Assembly: GCA_950097015.1 (NCBI GenBank) | Contig: CATNEN010000001.1 | Location: 13,144,001 to 13,208,000, forward strand | Direction: 5' to 3' | DNA length: 64,000 nucleotides | DNA from: Macrostomum hystrix | Lineage: Eukaryota > Animalia > Platyhelminthes | Notes under the pieces: generated by a model | Told to the model about the DNA's origin: nothing | The model's input: the letters and a program-made list of their open reading frames with translations, nothing else | Database searches by the model: none | Made by a program: the position numbers and the translations under genes | Shown here: positions 46,207 through 56,724 of the stretch, one piece after another | Numbering within the stretch: position 1 is the first letter of the stretch | Layout of the letters: the number at the start of each line of letters is the position of its first letter

Positions 46207-49200
46207 ATGGTTATCCAATCGGTTGTAAGACGTCAGCAGGCAGCTGTGGATTTCGCTGGTTACTATGACAACCTATGCGCCCTGCAGAGCAGTGCCCCGC
46301 TGCCAGCTGTGAAAGCTCACCTATCAGAAGGCGTCATTGACGTCAATGCCGACAGAATTCGCCACAATGACTGGGCTCCGATCTGCTCTGCTCTGCAACT
46401 AAATCGCAGTCTCGACTTTGTAGCCTTTCGCAGTCAGTACCAGCAGCAGCAGCAGCAGCAGCAGCGGGCTACTCGCAAGCAGCCAGCAGTTTGCAGCAAG
46501 GAGGTGAGCTACCGACTCTGCTTGTCACTCCGCGACTGCCTGGCCGGCTCGCAGGCCCTCAGCTGCCTAGAGATTGAAGGCATTCGACTGCGCGAACGCG
46601 ACGTAGCAGCCCTGGGCCGCGGTTTGGCCGCCAATGCCACCCTGAAGAACCTGTCCCTGGAGTCCTGTCGAATTGGCGATGTCGGCGCCGAGCACCTGTG
46701 TCGAGCGCTTCGGCATGCCGGCAATGTCTCCTACCTGAACTTGTCCGCTAATGGTCTCACCTGGAGAGCCATTGACGAACTAGGAAAACTGATTGGCTTT
46801 CAGGTTGGTGACTGGTTGAAGGAACTTCTCAAGGTTTAGAATCGTTAAGGTTTAGAAGGTTTTGACTCATAATTAGGGGGGTCGGTGGCAGAGCGGTTAA
46901 CGCATTGGCTCTCGCACCAAGGTCCCTAAGCTCAATTCCGCGGCTAGACCACATTCACTTGGGGTCTTATCGTTCAAAATACGCCCTTGTGGGCCAACCT
47001 CGAGGGCACAGTGAAAGTGTACACTGCCTGACAATGAAAAAGTCAGGGCAGATGTACACACCTTTGTACGCTTGTGCGTGCCTGCGTATGGTATCTGTGA
47101 GCTCAGGATTCTGCGAAATGGGTAGATGGGTAGATGGGTAGTCAGCTTATCATTTGTTGTCAGTGGATCCTAATTCGTAAATACGAATTTACGAATGGTC
47201 AAACGTTGACAATAAAGACGTTGATATCTGTTTAGCTGCCTTATTAACCAGTCCTGTAATCCATGACAGGCCACTAGTCGACACAACGAGGCCTGGCGGG
47301 ACAGTTTGCGCTACAGGCGCCCGAATTTCGACAGCATGCACGGCCTTCGCCGACTGTCCCTAAACAATAATCCCCTGATTGATGATCAGGCTGCTCAGGT
47401 GCTGGCCGATGCACTGAAAGACGACCTGTGGGTGAAGGCCATCGATTTGCAGTGCTGCGGCATTGGCAATGCTGGAGCCAAGAGTTTGCTAGCTGTGCTC
47501 AAGCTCAACACCACCCTGGTTGTGCTGGACCTCAGGCTCAACCACCTCATTGATAAGGATTTGCAGCGAGCGCTGACGGAACAGGTGAATGTCAGAGCTG
47601 TGAAAGCTTACTATCTGTACTTTAGCAAATACTACTGAAGCAAAAGGACACAGGACGCAACGCTTAACTAAATCTCATCCAATGTTGAACGACGGTTCCA
47701 CAAACCAGAAATCTTGCATCCTTGTACTTTAGTAGTCCTTGTACTTTAGTAGCCCTTGTACTTTAGTAGTACTTGTACTTTAGTAGTCCTTGTACTTTAG
47801 TAGTCCTTGTACTTTAGTAGTCCTTGTACTTTAGTAGTCCGTGTACTTTAGTAGTCCGTGTACTTTAGTAGTCCTTGTACTTTAGTAGTCCTTGTACTTT
47901 AGTAGTCCTTATACTTTAGTAGTCCGTGTACTTTAGTAGTCCGTGTACTTTAGTAGTCCTTGTACTTTAGTAGTCCTTGTACTTTAGTAGTCCTTATACT
48001 TTAGTAGTCCGTGTACTTTAGTAGTCCGTGTACTTTAGTAGTCCTTGTACTTTAGTAGTCCTTGTACTTTAGTAGTCCTTGTACTTTAGTAGTCCTTGTA
48101 CTTTAGTAGTCCTTGTACTTTAGTAGTCCTTGTACTTTAGTAGTCCGTGTACTTTAGTAGTCCTTGTACTTTAGTACTCATTGTACTTTGGTAGTCCTTG
48201 TACTTTAGCTGTTAATTTATTTAAGCAAACAATTCGGGTAATCCTCAGGTTATTGTTAATGGAGACGGCAAGGAATCCGAGTTCAAGTGGCTGAAAGCGC
48301 CCGAGCAGACCGCCCCTTTGATGTCAGCGAATTCGGCCGCTTCAGCGGCGGCGCCCTTTATAGCTCAAAGCGGATCGCGCAGCCACCGTCAGGGATCTAG
48401 CAGAAGGCCGGCATTCCGGCCTGCGGGTATCGGCAGAATGCGAAGCCGCAGCGCTGAGCCGCGCGGTGGCGAGAGCTACTACGGTGGCTCCGAGGCTTAC
48501 TGGCCAACTGCCGTTGCTCGCGCCGGCGTCAGTGTCGGCCGCGGAGCCAGTGGCAAGCGCGTCGGCATTCCCTGGCGGACTGCTCAGAGAGCTTCACGCT
48601 ACAAGGGTGAGTATTTGCAGACTGCGTCGAGGACAGTGCTGCCATTCCCAGACTGCAACCACACTTCCTTCCTGTGCAGACTGCCCTAGCAACAACACTG
48701 CCCTAGCAACCGCACTTCCCCAGCAACAACACTGCCCTAGCAACAACACTGCCCTAGCAACAACACTGCCCCAGCAACAACACTTCCCCAGCAACAACAC
48801 TGCCCTAGCAACAACACTGCCCTAGCAACAACACTGCCCTAGCAACAACACTGCCCTAGCAACAACACTGCCCTAGCAACAACACTGCCCCAGCAACAAC
48901 ACTTCCCCAGCAACAACACTGCCCTAGCAACAACACTGCCCTAGCAACAACACTGCCCTAGCAACAACACTGCCCTAGCAACAACACTGCCCTAGCAACA
49001 ACACTGCCCTAGCAACAACACTGCCCTAGCAACAACACTGCCCTAGCAACCGCACTTCCCCAGCAACAACACTGCCCTAGCAACAACACTGCCCTAGCAA
49101 CAACACTGCCCCAGCAACAACACTTCCCCAGCAACAACACTGCCCTAGCAACAACACTGCCCTAGCAACAACACTGCCCCAGCAACAACACTTCCCCAGC

Positions 49201-51884
49201 AACAACACTGCCCTAGCAACAACACTGCCCTAGCAACAACACTGCCCTAGCAACAACACTGCCCTAGCAACAACACTGCCCTAGCAACAACACTGCCCCA
49301 GCAACAACACTTCCCCAGCAACAACACTGCCCTAGCAACAACACTGCCCTAGCAACCATACTGCCCTAGCAACCATACTGCCCTAGCAACCATACTGCCC
49401 TAGCAACAACACTGCCCCAGCAACAACACTTCCCCAGCAACAACACTGCCCTAGCAACAACACTGCCCTAGCAACCATACTGCCCTAGCAACCATACTTC
49501 CCTAACAACCATGCTTACCTAGCAACCATGCTTCTCTAACAACCACACTGCCCTAGCAACCATGCATCCATATTAATCATGCGTCCCTAGCAACCATACT
49601 TCTCTCCCCCTTTTCAGGCTACCCCAGCAACCACACCCCTGGGCGCAGCCAACTGGAGGAGAAGACAAGTCCGTTGGCGACGCCTAGAACTGCGAAGGAT
49701 TTGGAGCAGCAGCGTGGTCGCGATGCGGTTGAAGATGACGACTTTGAAGATGCAGAAGATGACGATGACGAGGACGAGGAAGAGGTGACTGTGGTTTCTC
49801 CGCTGGTCAAAGAGATGGAGGAGGCGCCGCCCGCTCCTCGCGCTGTCAAGGCGTTGAAGATCGAGCTGGCCAATCAGCGCCGGCGTCTACGCCGCGAGGC
49901 CGCCTGCCGTCAGCGAGCCGACGAAGAGGCCAGGAGGCTGCGAGCCGAGAATGCCGGACTGAAGCGCCAGCTGGAGCAGCTGCAGCGGGCCCGGGAGGGC
50001 GCCAACCTGCTCCAGAATGAGGACCTGCTAGAGAGCATTGAGGCCTCGTTCAAGCGCTTTCACAAGTTCCTGGACATTCTGAGGGACGCCGGTGAGACTT
50101 AGTCGATCTACTGTGAGAGAGAAGTAGGTTAGTGGAGGTAGACTGAGAGAAAAGTAGATTAGTGGAGGTAGACTGTAAGAGGGAAGTAGGTTAGTGGAGG
50201 TAGACTGTAAGAGAGAAGTAGGTTAGTGGAGGTAGACTGTAAGAGAGAAGTAGGTTAGTGGATGTAGACTGTGAGATAAAAGTAGGTTAGTGGAGGTAGA
50301 CTGTAAGAGAGAAGTAGGTTAGTGGAGGTAGACTGTAAGAGAGAAGTAGGTTAGTGGAGGTAGACTGTAAGAAAGAAGTAGGTTAGTGGAGTTAGACTGA
50401 GGCTGAGAAGTGGATTTGAATCGGATTGGTCCGTCACAAAGGAATTATTTCGCCCACCCCAGGCCTGGGTAGAGTAGTGACGGCAGCTGGCATGGACAAT
50501 TTGCCTAGCGGCCTGAATTTGGCGGACAGGCCCACTGCTCAGTCGGCAGCCCCGGTGCTTCCACAGCCTGCCAGATCTGCTCCCGTGAAGCAGCAGCAGC
50601 AGCAGCAAAAGCCGTCCCGCAATTACAAAAGTGCATCATCGAGTGGTCGCAAAGCTGCTACAAGTTCTCAACAGCAGAAGCCGAAACAGAAGCAACAGCA
50701 GCAGCAGCAGCAGCAGCCCAGATATTTCGAAAGTACCGGCGCGGATTCTTTGCAATTCGACGACGCCAATGGAGACGAGATGTACGTCAGAGCAGCCAAA
50801 GTCAAGACTGAAGCCGATCGAACATTCGACCAACTGAGGCGAAACCTGCAACAGCCGGGTGGCCCAGCTGACAGGGATCTCATGACCGGTGAGTCCACCA
50901 ACTTTGATGGTACACCAACTACACCAGGCTGCCTTAGCAACCACACTGCTTCCCAGGATTCCATAGCAACCACACTCCTCGCAGGCTTCCCTAGCAACCA
51001 CACTCCTCGCAGGCTTCCCTAGCAACCACACTCCTCGCAGGCTCCCCTAGCAACCACACTCCTCGCAGGATTCCCTAGCAACCACATTCCTCGCAGGCTC
51101 CCCTAGCTACCACACTCCTCGCAGGCTTCCCTAGCAACCACATTCCTCGCAGGCTCCCCTAGCAACCACACTCCTCGCAGGCTTCCCTAGCAACCACACT
51201 GGTTCCCCAGGATTTCGTAGCATCCACACTCATCGCAGGCTTCCCTAGCAACCACACTGGTTCCCCAGGATTTCGTAGCATCCACACTCATCGCAGGCTT
51301 CCCTAGCAACCACACTGCTTCCCCAGGATTCCATAGCAACCACACTCCTCGCAGGTTTCCCTAGCAACCACACTGCTTCCCCAGGATTCTATTGCAACCA
51401 AACTCCTCCCGGGCTTCCCTAGCAACCACACTTCTGGCAAGAGCACAGACCGTTTCACATTTTCTGTCTCATTTCTATTCCAGGAGACCAGGTGCTTCTA
51501 GATCTCGGACCGTCTGGTCAGCAGCCACTGCTTCTTTCTGCTTCATCGCCTCCCGAAGCTGGCACCTCGGCGGCAAACATCAAAGACAACAAAAAAGACA
51601 CTCGCCCGATGGTACCAGTTGCTTCCGATTTCCCTGACTCAGATGTTGAAGCCGAGTATGCTCCACGGCCGCCTGCAGCCGCCGCAGCCGCAGCCGCTTC
51701 ACCGCCGCTGGTTACTCCGCCTCCGCCGCCGGTTCTGTCGCCGACAGCGGCTGGCAATGACGATGCCGATGATGATGTCGAAGAAGACTTCGAAGAAGTC
51801 GAAGATGCTGGCACTGGCCGTGGAAACGGAGGCTACAGCTATGCCGAAAGCTTTGACGCCTCCACCCACACTCGCAGCGGCTGA
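46207..51884 (+). CDS. CEP78: Centrosomal protein of 78 kDa (LRR + coiled coil), 6 coding exons
   Basis: Exons 46207-46803, 47270-47584, 48249-48606, 49618-50091, 50463-50888, 51484-51884 join in frame. N-terminus DFAGYYDNLCALQSSAPLPAVKAHLSEGVIDVNADRI, HNEAWRDSLRYRRP, LKDDLWVKAIDLQCCGI, GIPWRTAQRA and ESIEASFKRFHKFLDILRDAGLG are CEP78 signatures. Confidence 0.95.
46876..47122 (+). mobile_element. SINE family A copy, 3'-truncated, in CEP78 intron 1
   Basis: GGGGGGTCGGTGGCAGAGCGGTTAACGC head, B-box-like GCTCAATTCC and the shared hairpin body. Confidence 0.85.
47719..48208. repeat. 17-bp minisatellite (CCTTGTACTTTAGTAGT) in CEP78 intron 2
   Basis: About 29 units. Confidence 0.97.
48680..49600. 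repeat. 17-bp minisatellite (ACTGCCCTAGCAACAAC) in CEP78 intron 3; units contain an X-box-like 14-mer
   Basis: Roughly 50 units, filling nearly the whole intron. Confidence 0.97.
50110..50398. repeat. 32-bp minisatellite (GTAGACTGTAAGAGAGAAGTAGGTTAGTGGAG) in CEP78 intron 4
   Basis: About 9 units. Confidence 0.94.
50925..51432. repeat. 28-29-bp minisatellite (GCAGGCTTCCCTAGCAACCACACTCCTC) in CEP78 intron 5; units contain an X-box-like 14-mer
   Basis: About 17-18 units. Confidence 0.95.
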
Positions 51885-51894
51885 AACTCCAGCA

Positions 51895-52398
51895 TATCTG
51901 TCACTCCAAATTTCACTCCATCTGTCAATCTAACTCCAACTGTCACTCTAGCTCTATCTGTCACTCCAAATGTCACTCCAACTCTCACTCCAACTGTCAC
52001 TCCAACTGTCACTCCAACTGTTAATCCAAATGTCACTCCAACTGTCACTCCAACTGTTAATCCAAATGTCACTCCAACTGTCACTCCAACTGTTAATCCA
52101 AATGTCACTCCAACTGTCACTCCAACTGTTAATCCAAATGTCACTCCAACTGTCACTCCATCTGTCACTCCAACTCCATCTGCCACTCCAACTCCATCTG
52201 TCACTCCAACTCGATCTGTCAATCTAACTCCATCTGTCACTCCATCTGTCACTCCATCTGTCACTCCATCTGTCACTCCATCTGTCACTCCAACTCCATC
52301 TGTCACTCCACCTCCATCTGTCACTCCAACTCGATCTGTCACTCCAACTCGATCTGTCACTCCAACTCCATCTGTCACTCCAACTCCATCTGTCACTA
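51895..52398. repeat. 12/18-bp composite repeat (TGTCACTCCAAC / TGTCACTCCATC) directly after the CEP78 stop
   Basis: Direct observation. Source of the VTDGVG ORF. Confidence 0.93.
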
Positions 52399-53065
52399 CA
52401 TATCCAGCTCTGTCATATATGTGACTGACGACGATCTGTCACTTCTCCGTTACTTGATCTTGCATCTTGATCTTGTTACTCCTGCTTCAAAAGAATTCAG
52501 TAGTCTCATTTCAGGTTCTGTATCGATTTTGAAGTAATCCAGCTTTTCGATATTTGTAACAAAATTTAACTTAAAAATGCGCTGTTTTGCTACAAACTAC
52601 TAATAGTAGTTGTGTTATACTAGTGCCATTAGAGACTCTAAAATCCGTCTATATTATTTAATGATCGGTGCACTGACACTGCCGGATAGTGTTATAACAA
52701 TTATTTATATTGTTACTGCTTTAGTAACTGGACTTTTATAATATTAATATTAGCTAGATTTCTAGGTGATTCTTAGATTCATCTTTCAACAAAAAAGTTT
52801 AATTTGCTTCGACAACATTCCGTCCAGCTTATATTGTTAACATTCCTGCCTGTTTTTATTGTTTGTTGTGCTTTTTTGTTTCCAACTTTTTTCAAAAACT
52901 GTTTATCTTCTCCAGTTCTACTGTAATTACGTATCCTTTAGATATAAAATATACTGTGATTTCTTAAAAATAGTGATCAATTGTGATTCACCTTGCACAA
53001 AACTCGAAAATCAATTATATAAGGGTGTGAGATGCCTTATTTACTTATAACAATAGCTTAATAGT

Positions 53066-53438
53066 TAACCTGTTAGACACGGACAGCCTGTTAGACATGG
53101 ACAGCCTGTTAGACACAGACAACTCGTTAGACACAGACAACCTGTTAGACACAGACAACCTGTTAGACACAGACAACCTGTTAGACACGGACAGCCTGTT
53201 AGACACAGACAACCTGTTAGACACAGACAACCTGTTAGACACAGACAACCTGTTAGACACAGACAACCTGTTAGACAGAGACAACCCCGTTAGACACGGA
53301 CAACCTGTTAGACAGAGACAACCCCGTTAGACACGGACAACCTGTTAGACAGAGACAACCCCGTTAGACACGGACAACCTGTTAGACACAGACAACCCCG
53401 TTAGACACGGACAGCCTGTTAGACACGGACAACCTGTT
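53066..53438. repeat. 18-bp minisatellite (CTGTTAGACACAGACAAC)
   Basis: About 20 units, ending about 25 bp before the first SFXN5 acceptor. Confidence 0.95.
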
Positions 53439-53463
53439 CGAATATTTCCGATTTCGATTCCAG

Positions 53464-54558
53464 GCTCCTGGTTCGTCTGCGGTCTCAAGCCAGGCCATTG
53501 AAGTGCCCGGCTATCCGCCGTTCGCTCTGGGCAAGTCTCGCTTTGATCAGGTGACGATAAAATCACTGACAAAATAATTTTATGTTTATCAGACTTTTTC
53601 ATCGCCTTTAGCTTTAACTTGCTTTTTTATGTCAGTTGTAACTCCTGAATGTAGTTTCGGTGGACCCCTGTGAGCACACGAAATGCACACTGGGGTCAAC
53701 CTACTGTCTTACTGTTAATGATGTAGCTTGTATATCTACATGCGTACTTACACATTCCCTAAGTCCTAAAAGTACAGCAGGGGCCTCATCCACCCCAACC
53801 CCGCTCGCACGAATTCTCAGTCAGTATTCAGCGGTCGTCTTCGTCACTTCTTCAACGTGATCGACCCCAGAACCCTCCTAGTGAATGACGCCGGCCTTCA
53901 CAGAAGTCTCCAGCTGTTGGACTCGTTCAAAGCCGGGCAGCTGCCTGCTGGCACCACAACTCGCGACCTGTGGGAAGCGCAGAAGGTTAAAGATGCCATT
54001 CTGCATCCCGACACTGGAGAGAAAATCTATCGACCATTTCGCATGTCGGGCTTTGTACCCTACGGCTCTCCCATTGTGGTAGGACTGCTGCTGCCACACA
54101 GCCGACTGTGGCACACTGTGTTCTGGCAGTGGCTGAACCAGAGCCACAATGCCGCAGTCAATTATGCCAACAGGAATGCCAGCAAGGAGACGCCAATTTC
54201 TAGATTTGTTACTGGCTATATGGGAGCTGTCACAGCTGCAGTCAGCATTGCTGTGAGTACGCATTCGGTACTCTGCATACTGTTTATCCTCTACTCAATC
54301 CTCATCATCATATTTTCATAATTATCCCACAATGTTCCTTCAGGTTGGTCTGACTGTGGTCATCAGGAAGGCAAACTCGCTTCCGCCTGCAACAAAACTG
54401 CTGATTCAGAAATTCGTTCCACTGCCCGCTGTGTGTAAGCTGCCTCACCATGGCCGTCTGTCTGGCTGTCTGTCTGTCTGTCTGTCTGGCTGTCTGGCTG
54501 TCTGTCTGTCTGGCTGTCTGTCTGTCTGGCTGTCTGGCTGTCTGTCTGTCTGTCTGGC

Positions 54559-54591
<33 letters not shown>

Positions 54592-54594
54592 GGC

Positions 54595-54627
<33 letters not shown>

Positions 54628-55711
54628 GGCTGTCTGTATCACCCATCCCGCACCCGCAGCCACCGCCAGCACTTTGAATGTGGTTCTGATGAGAAACAGC
54701 GAACTCTCCGAGGGTGTGGAAGTGTTTGACGAGAATCGCAAAGTGATCGGTACTTCAAAAGTAGCCGCAAAGAGGGTCAGTTGTAAATCTGAGTTATTTT
54801 GGATCGCAACAATCACTTGGCTAGACTAACACCTGCAAATATTCTAGGCGCTATTTGACACGGCCAAGACTCGAGCATTCTTGCCTGTGCCACTGCTACT
54901 CATTCCGCCTCTGGTTATGACTTTCCTAGAGAAGTGAGTTAAACAGCAATTTACTGTGCTAACTGCACTACTCACAGTAGAAATAGCAGTTTTTATTAGT
55001 TTTTTTATTTCTTTTTCGCAGGCGAAGCTTTTTGAAGCGATTCCCGCGGCTGCACCTGCCGATTCACGCCCTGGTGGTCACCGCCGCGTTTGGCGGCGCC
55101 CTGCCTGTGGCCATTGCGCTGTTCCCGCAGACTTCGGCTGTGAGACTCGATTGGCACTGCCTGGAGGGGACACTCAGCATTAGAGAGATGAGAGAGGGTA
55201 AAGATGAGAGAGGGTAAAGATGAGAGAGGGTAGAGATGAGAGAGGGTAGAGTGTGAGAGGGTAGAGATGAGAGAGGGTAGAAATGGGAGAGGATAGAGAT
55301 GTGAGAGGATAGAGATGTGAGAGGATAGAGATGTGAGAGGATAGAGATGTGAGAGGATAGAGATGTGAGAGGATAGAGATGGGAGAGGATAGAGATGGGA
55401 GAGGATAGAGATGTGAGAGGATAGAGATGTGAGAGGATAGATATGGGAGAGGATAGAGATGGGAGAGGGTAGAGTGTGAGAGGGTAGAGTGTGAGAGGGT
55501 AGAGTGTGAGAGGGTAGAGTGTGAGAGGGTAGAGTGTGAGAGGGTAGAGTGGGTTTCAAAACAAGAGAACAGGGAGCTCGGAGAATTTCAGAGCAGTCTC
55601 ACAGCTGCCAGCCGGCCTGAATTGCAGATCGCACCGAAGGATCTGGAGCCGGAGCTGCAGCCGCTGATTCCACCGCACTGCAAGGAGTTGTACTACAACA
55701 AGGGCCTTTGA
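53464..55711 (+). CDS. SFXN5: Sideroflexin-5-like mitochondrial carrier, 7 visible exons, start codon not found
   Basis: Exons 53464-53550 (..[15 protein letters not shown]), 53821-54252 ([60 protein letters not shown]), 54344-54434, 54660-54775, 54848-54933, 55022-55139 and 55628-55711 (..[11 protein letters not shown]). All GT-AG and in frame. Confidence 0.94.
54455..54637. repeat. (CTGT/CTGG)n microsatellite in an SFXN5 intron
   Basis: Direct observation. A shorter similar tract lies at 5625-5693 in netrin intron 3. Confidence 0.95.
55183..55550. repeat. GA-rich 15-17-bp tandem repeat in the last SFXN5 intron
   Basis: GAGAGGATAGAGATGT and GAGAGGGTAGAGTGT units. Confidence 0.93.
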
Positions 55712-56259
55712 AGGCATGCCTACTTCGAAGTTAATGAGTGTGCGCGTGGCTACATAGTTAGAAGATTGGTTGCCATGGCTTCATTAGTAATTACACTAGC
55801 AGTTTTTTCCTATTTCATTAGTAAATTCCTGACGTTTTTCATCATGCATCGACTTTGACGCTTTGTCATCGTTTTTAACCCTTTAACCATCGAAATTGAA
55901 TAACCATGCTAATTATTTTGATTGCAGCCCTCAATAAAATAAACGGCTTCATTCACGGGCTTCTATATATAGCATCTTAAATGCTATTGGGTGCTACATA
56001 CCGAAGTCCTTGGTTTTGTATGCTAGAAGGTGCAGAATCGATAAACTGAAGCTTCTTTGGGTCCGCAATAAGTTTATGTTTTTATGATTCTAGGAAAACG
56101 ATATGTGTAATCTTTTTGCTAAAGTGCCTTCTGTGATTTCCGATTGTGTCGGATCATTTAAAGATTAGAAAACTGCATGGCTGCTAATAAAACATATCCT
56201 ATATTTTTCCTGGGTCTCACACTGTCTGAGACTACTACCATAGAAAATTAATAATACTT

Positions 56260-56512
56260 GATTACACCTGCCCCAATTGGGCCAGATGTGCAGCCGACAG
56301 CACAGCCGCAGCTATTGCGTGGCGCATCTGAAAGCTGCGTACAGCTGTTCAGTCCATGGACTGTGGGGACGCCACACCCACCTTTAATTATCCCAGCTGA
56401 TGCTGGCACCCATTTAATAGCTGAGTGAACTGAAGCAATGCAGAGTATAGTGTCTCGTGAATCGAACCCCCAACCTACAAGTCATGAGTCCGATGCCCTA
56501 ACCACAAGGCTA
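56260..56512 (-). mobile_element. SINE family B (CORE-like), most complete copy
   Basis: Minus strand: tRNA-like head GTAGCCTTGTGGTTAGGGCATCGGACTCATGAC..GGGGGTTCGATTC, core TTGCTTCAGTTCACTCAGCTATTAAATGGGTGCCAG, tail GGCCCAATTGGGGCAGGTGTAATC. The same tail occurs at about 21270-21295. Confidence 0.8.
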
Positions 56513-56724
56513 CAACCTCTTACTACGACAAAACAATAGTCGATTAGAGAAAGATAGAAAAGCAATTTCAATTTTTAGCTATCCATTGACCTTAAAATAA
56601 GCTCCCAACCTGTTTTATTAACTGGTGCCAAAGCGGAAAGATCAAACAGGTGTTACATAACATGAAACGCAACGCCAGAAAAATGTAAACGTTTGTCAAT
56701 TTTAAAACTGTAATCAGCTTCGGA

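Noticed and set aside
46877-46950. tRNA gene
   Set aside because: A/B boxes are present, but there is no full cloverleaf and the sequence continues into the repeated SINE body.
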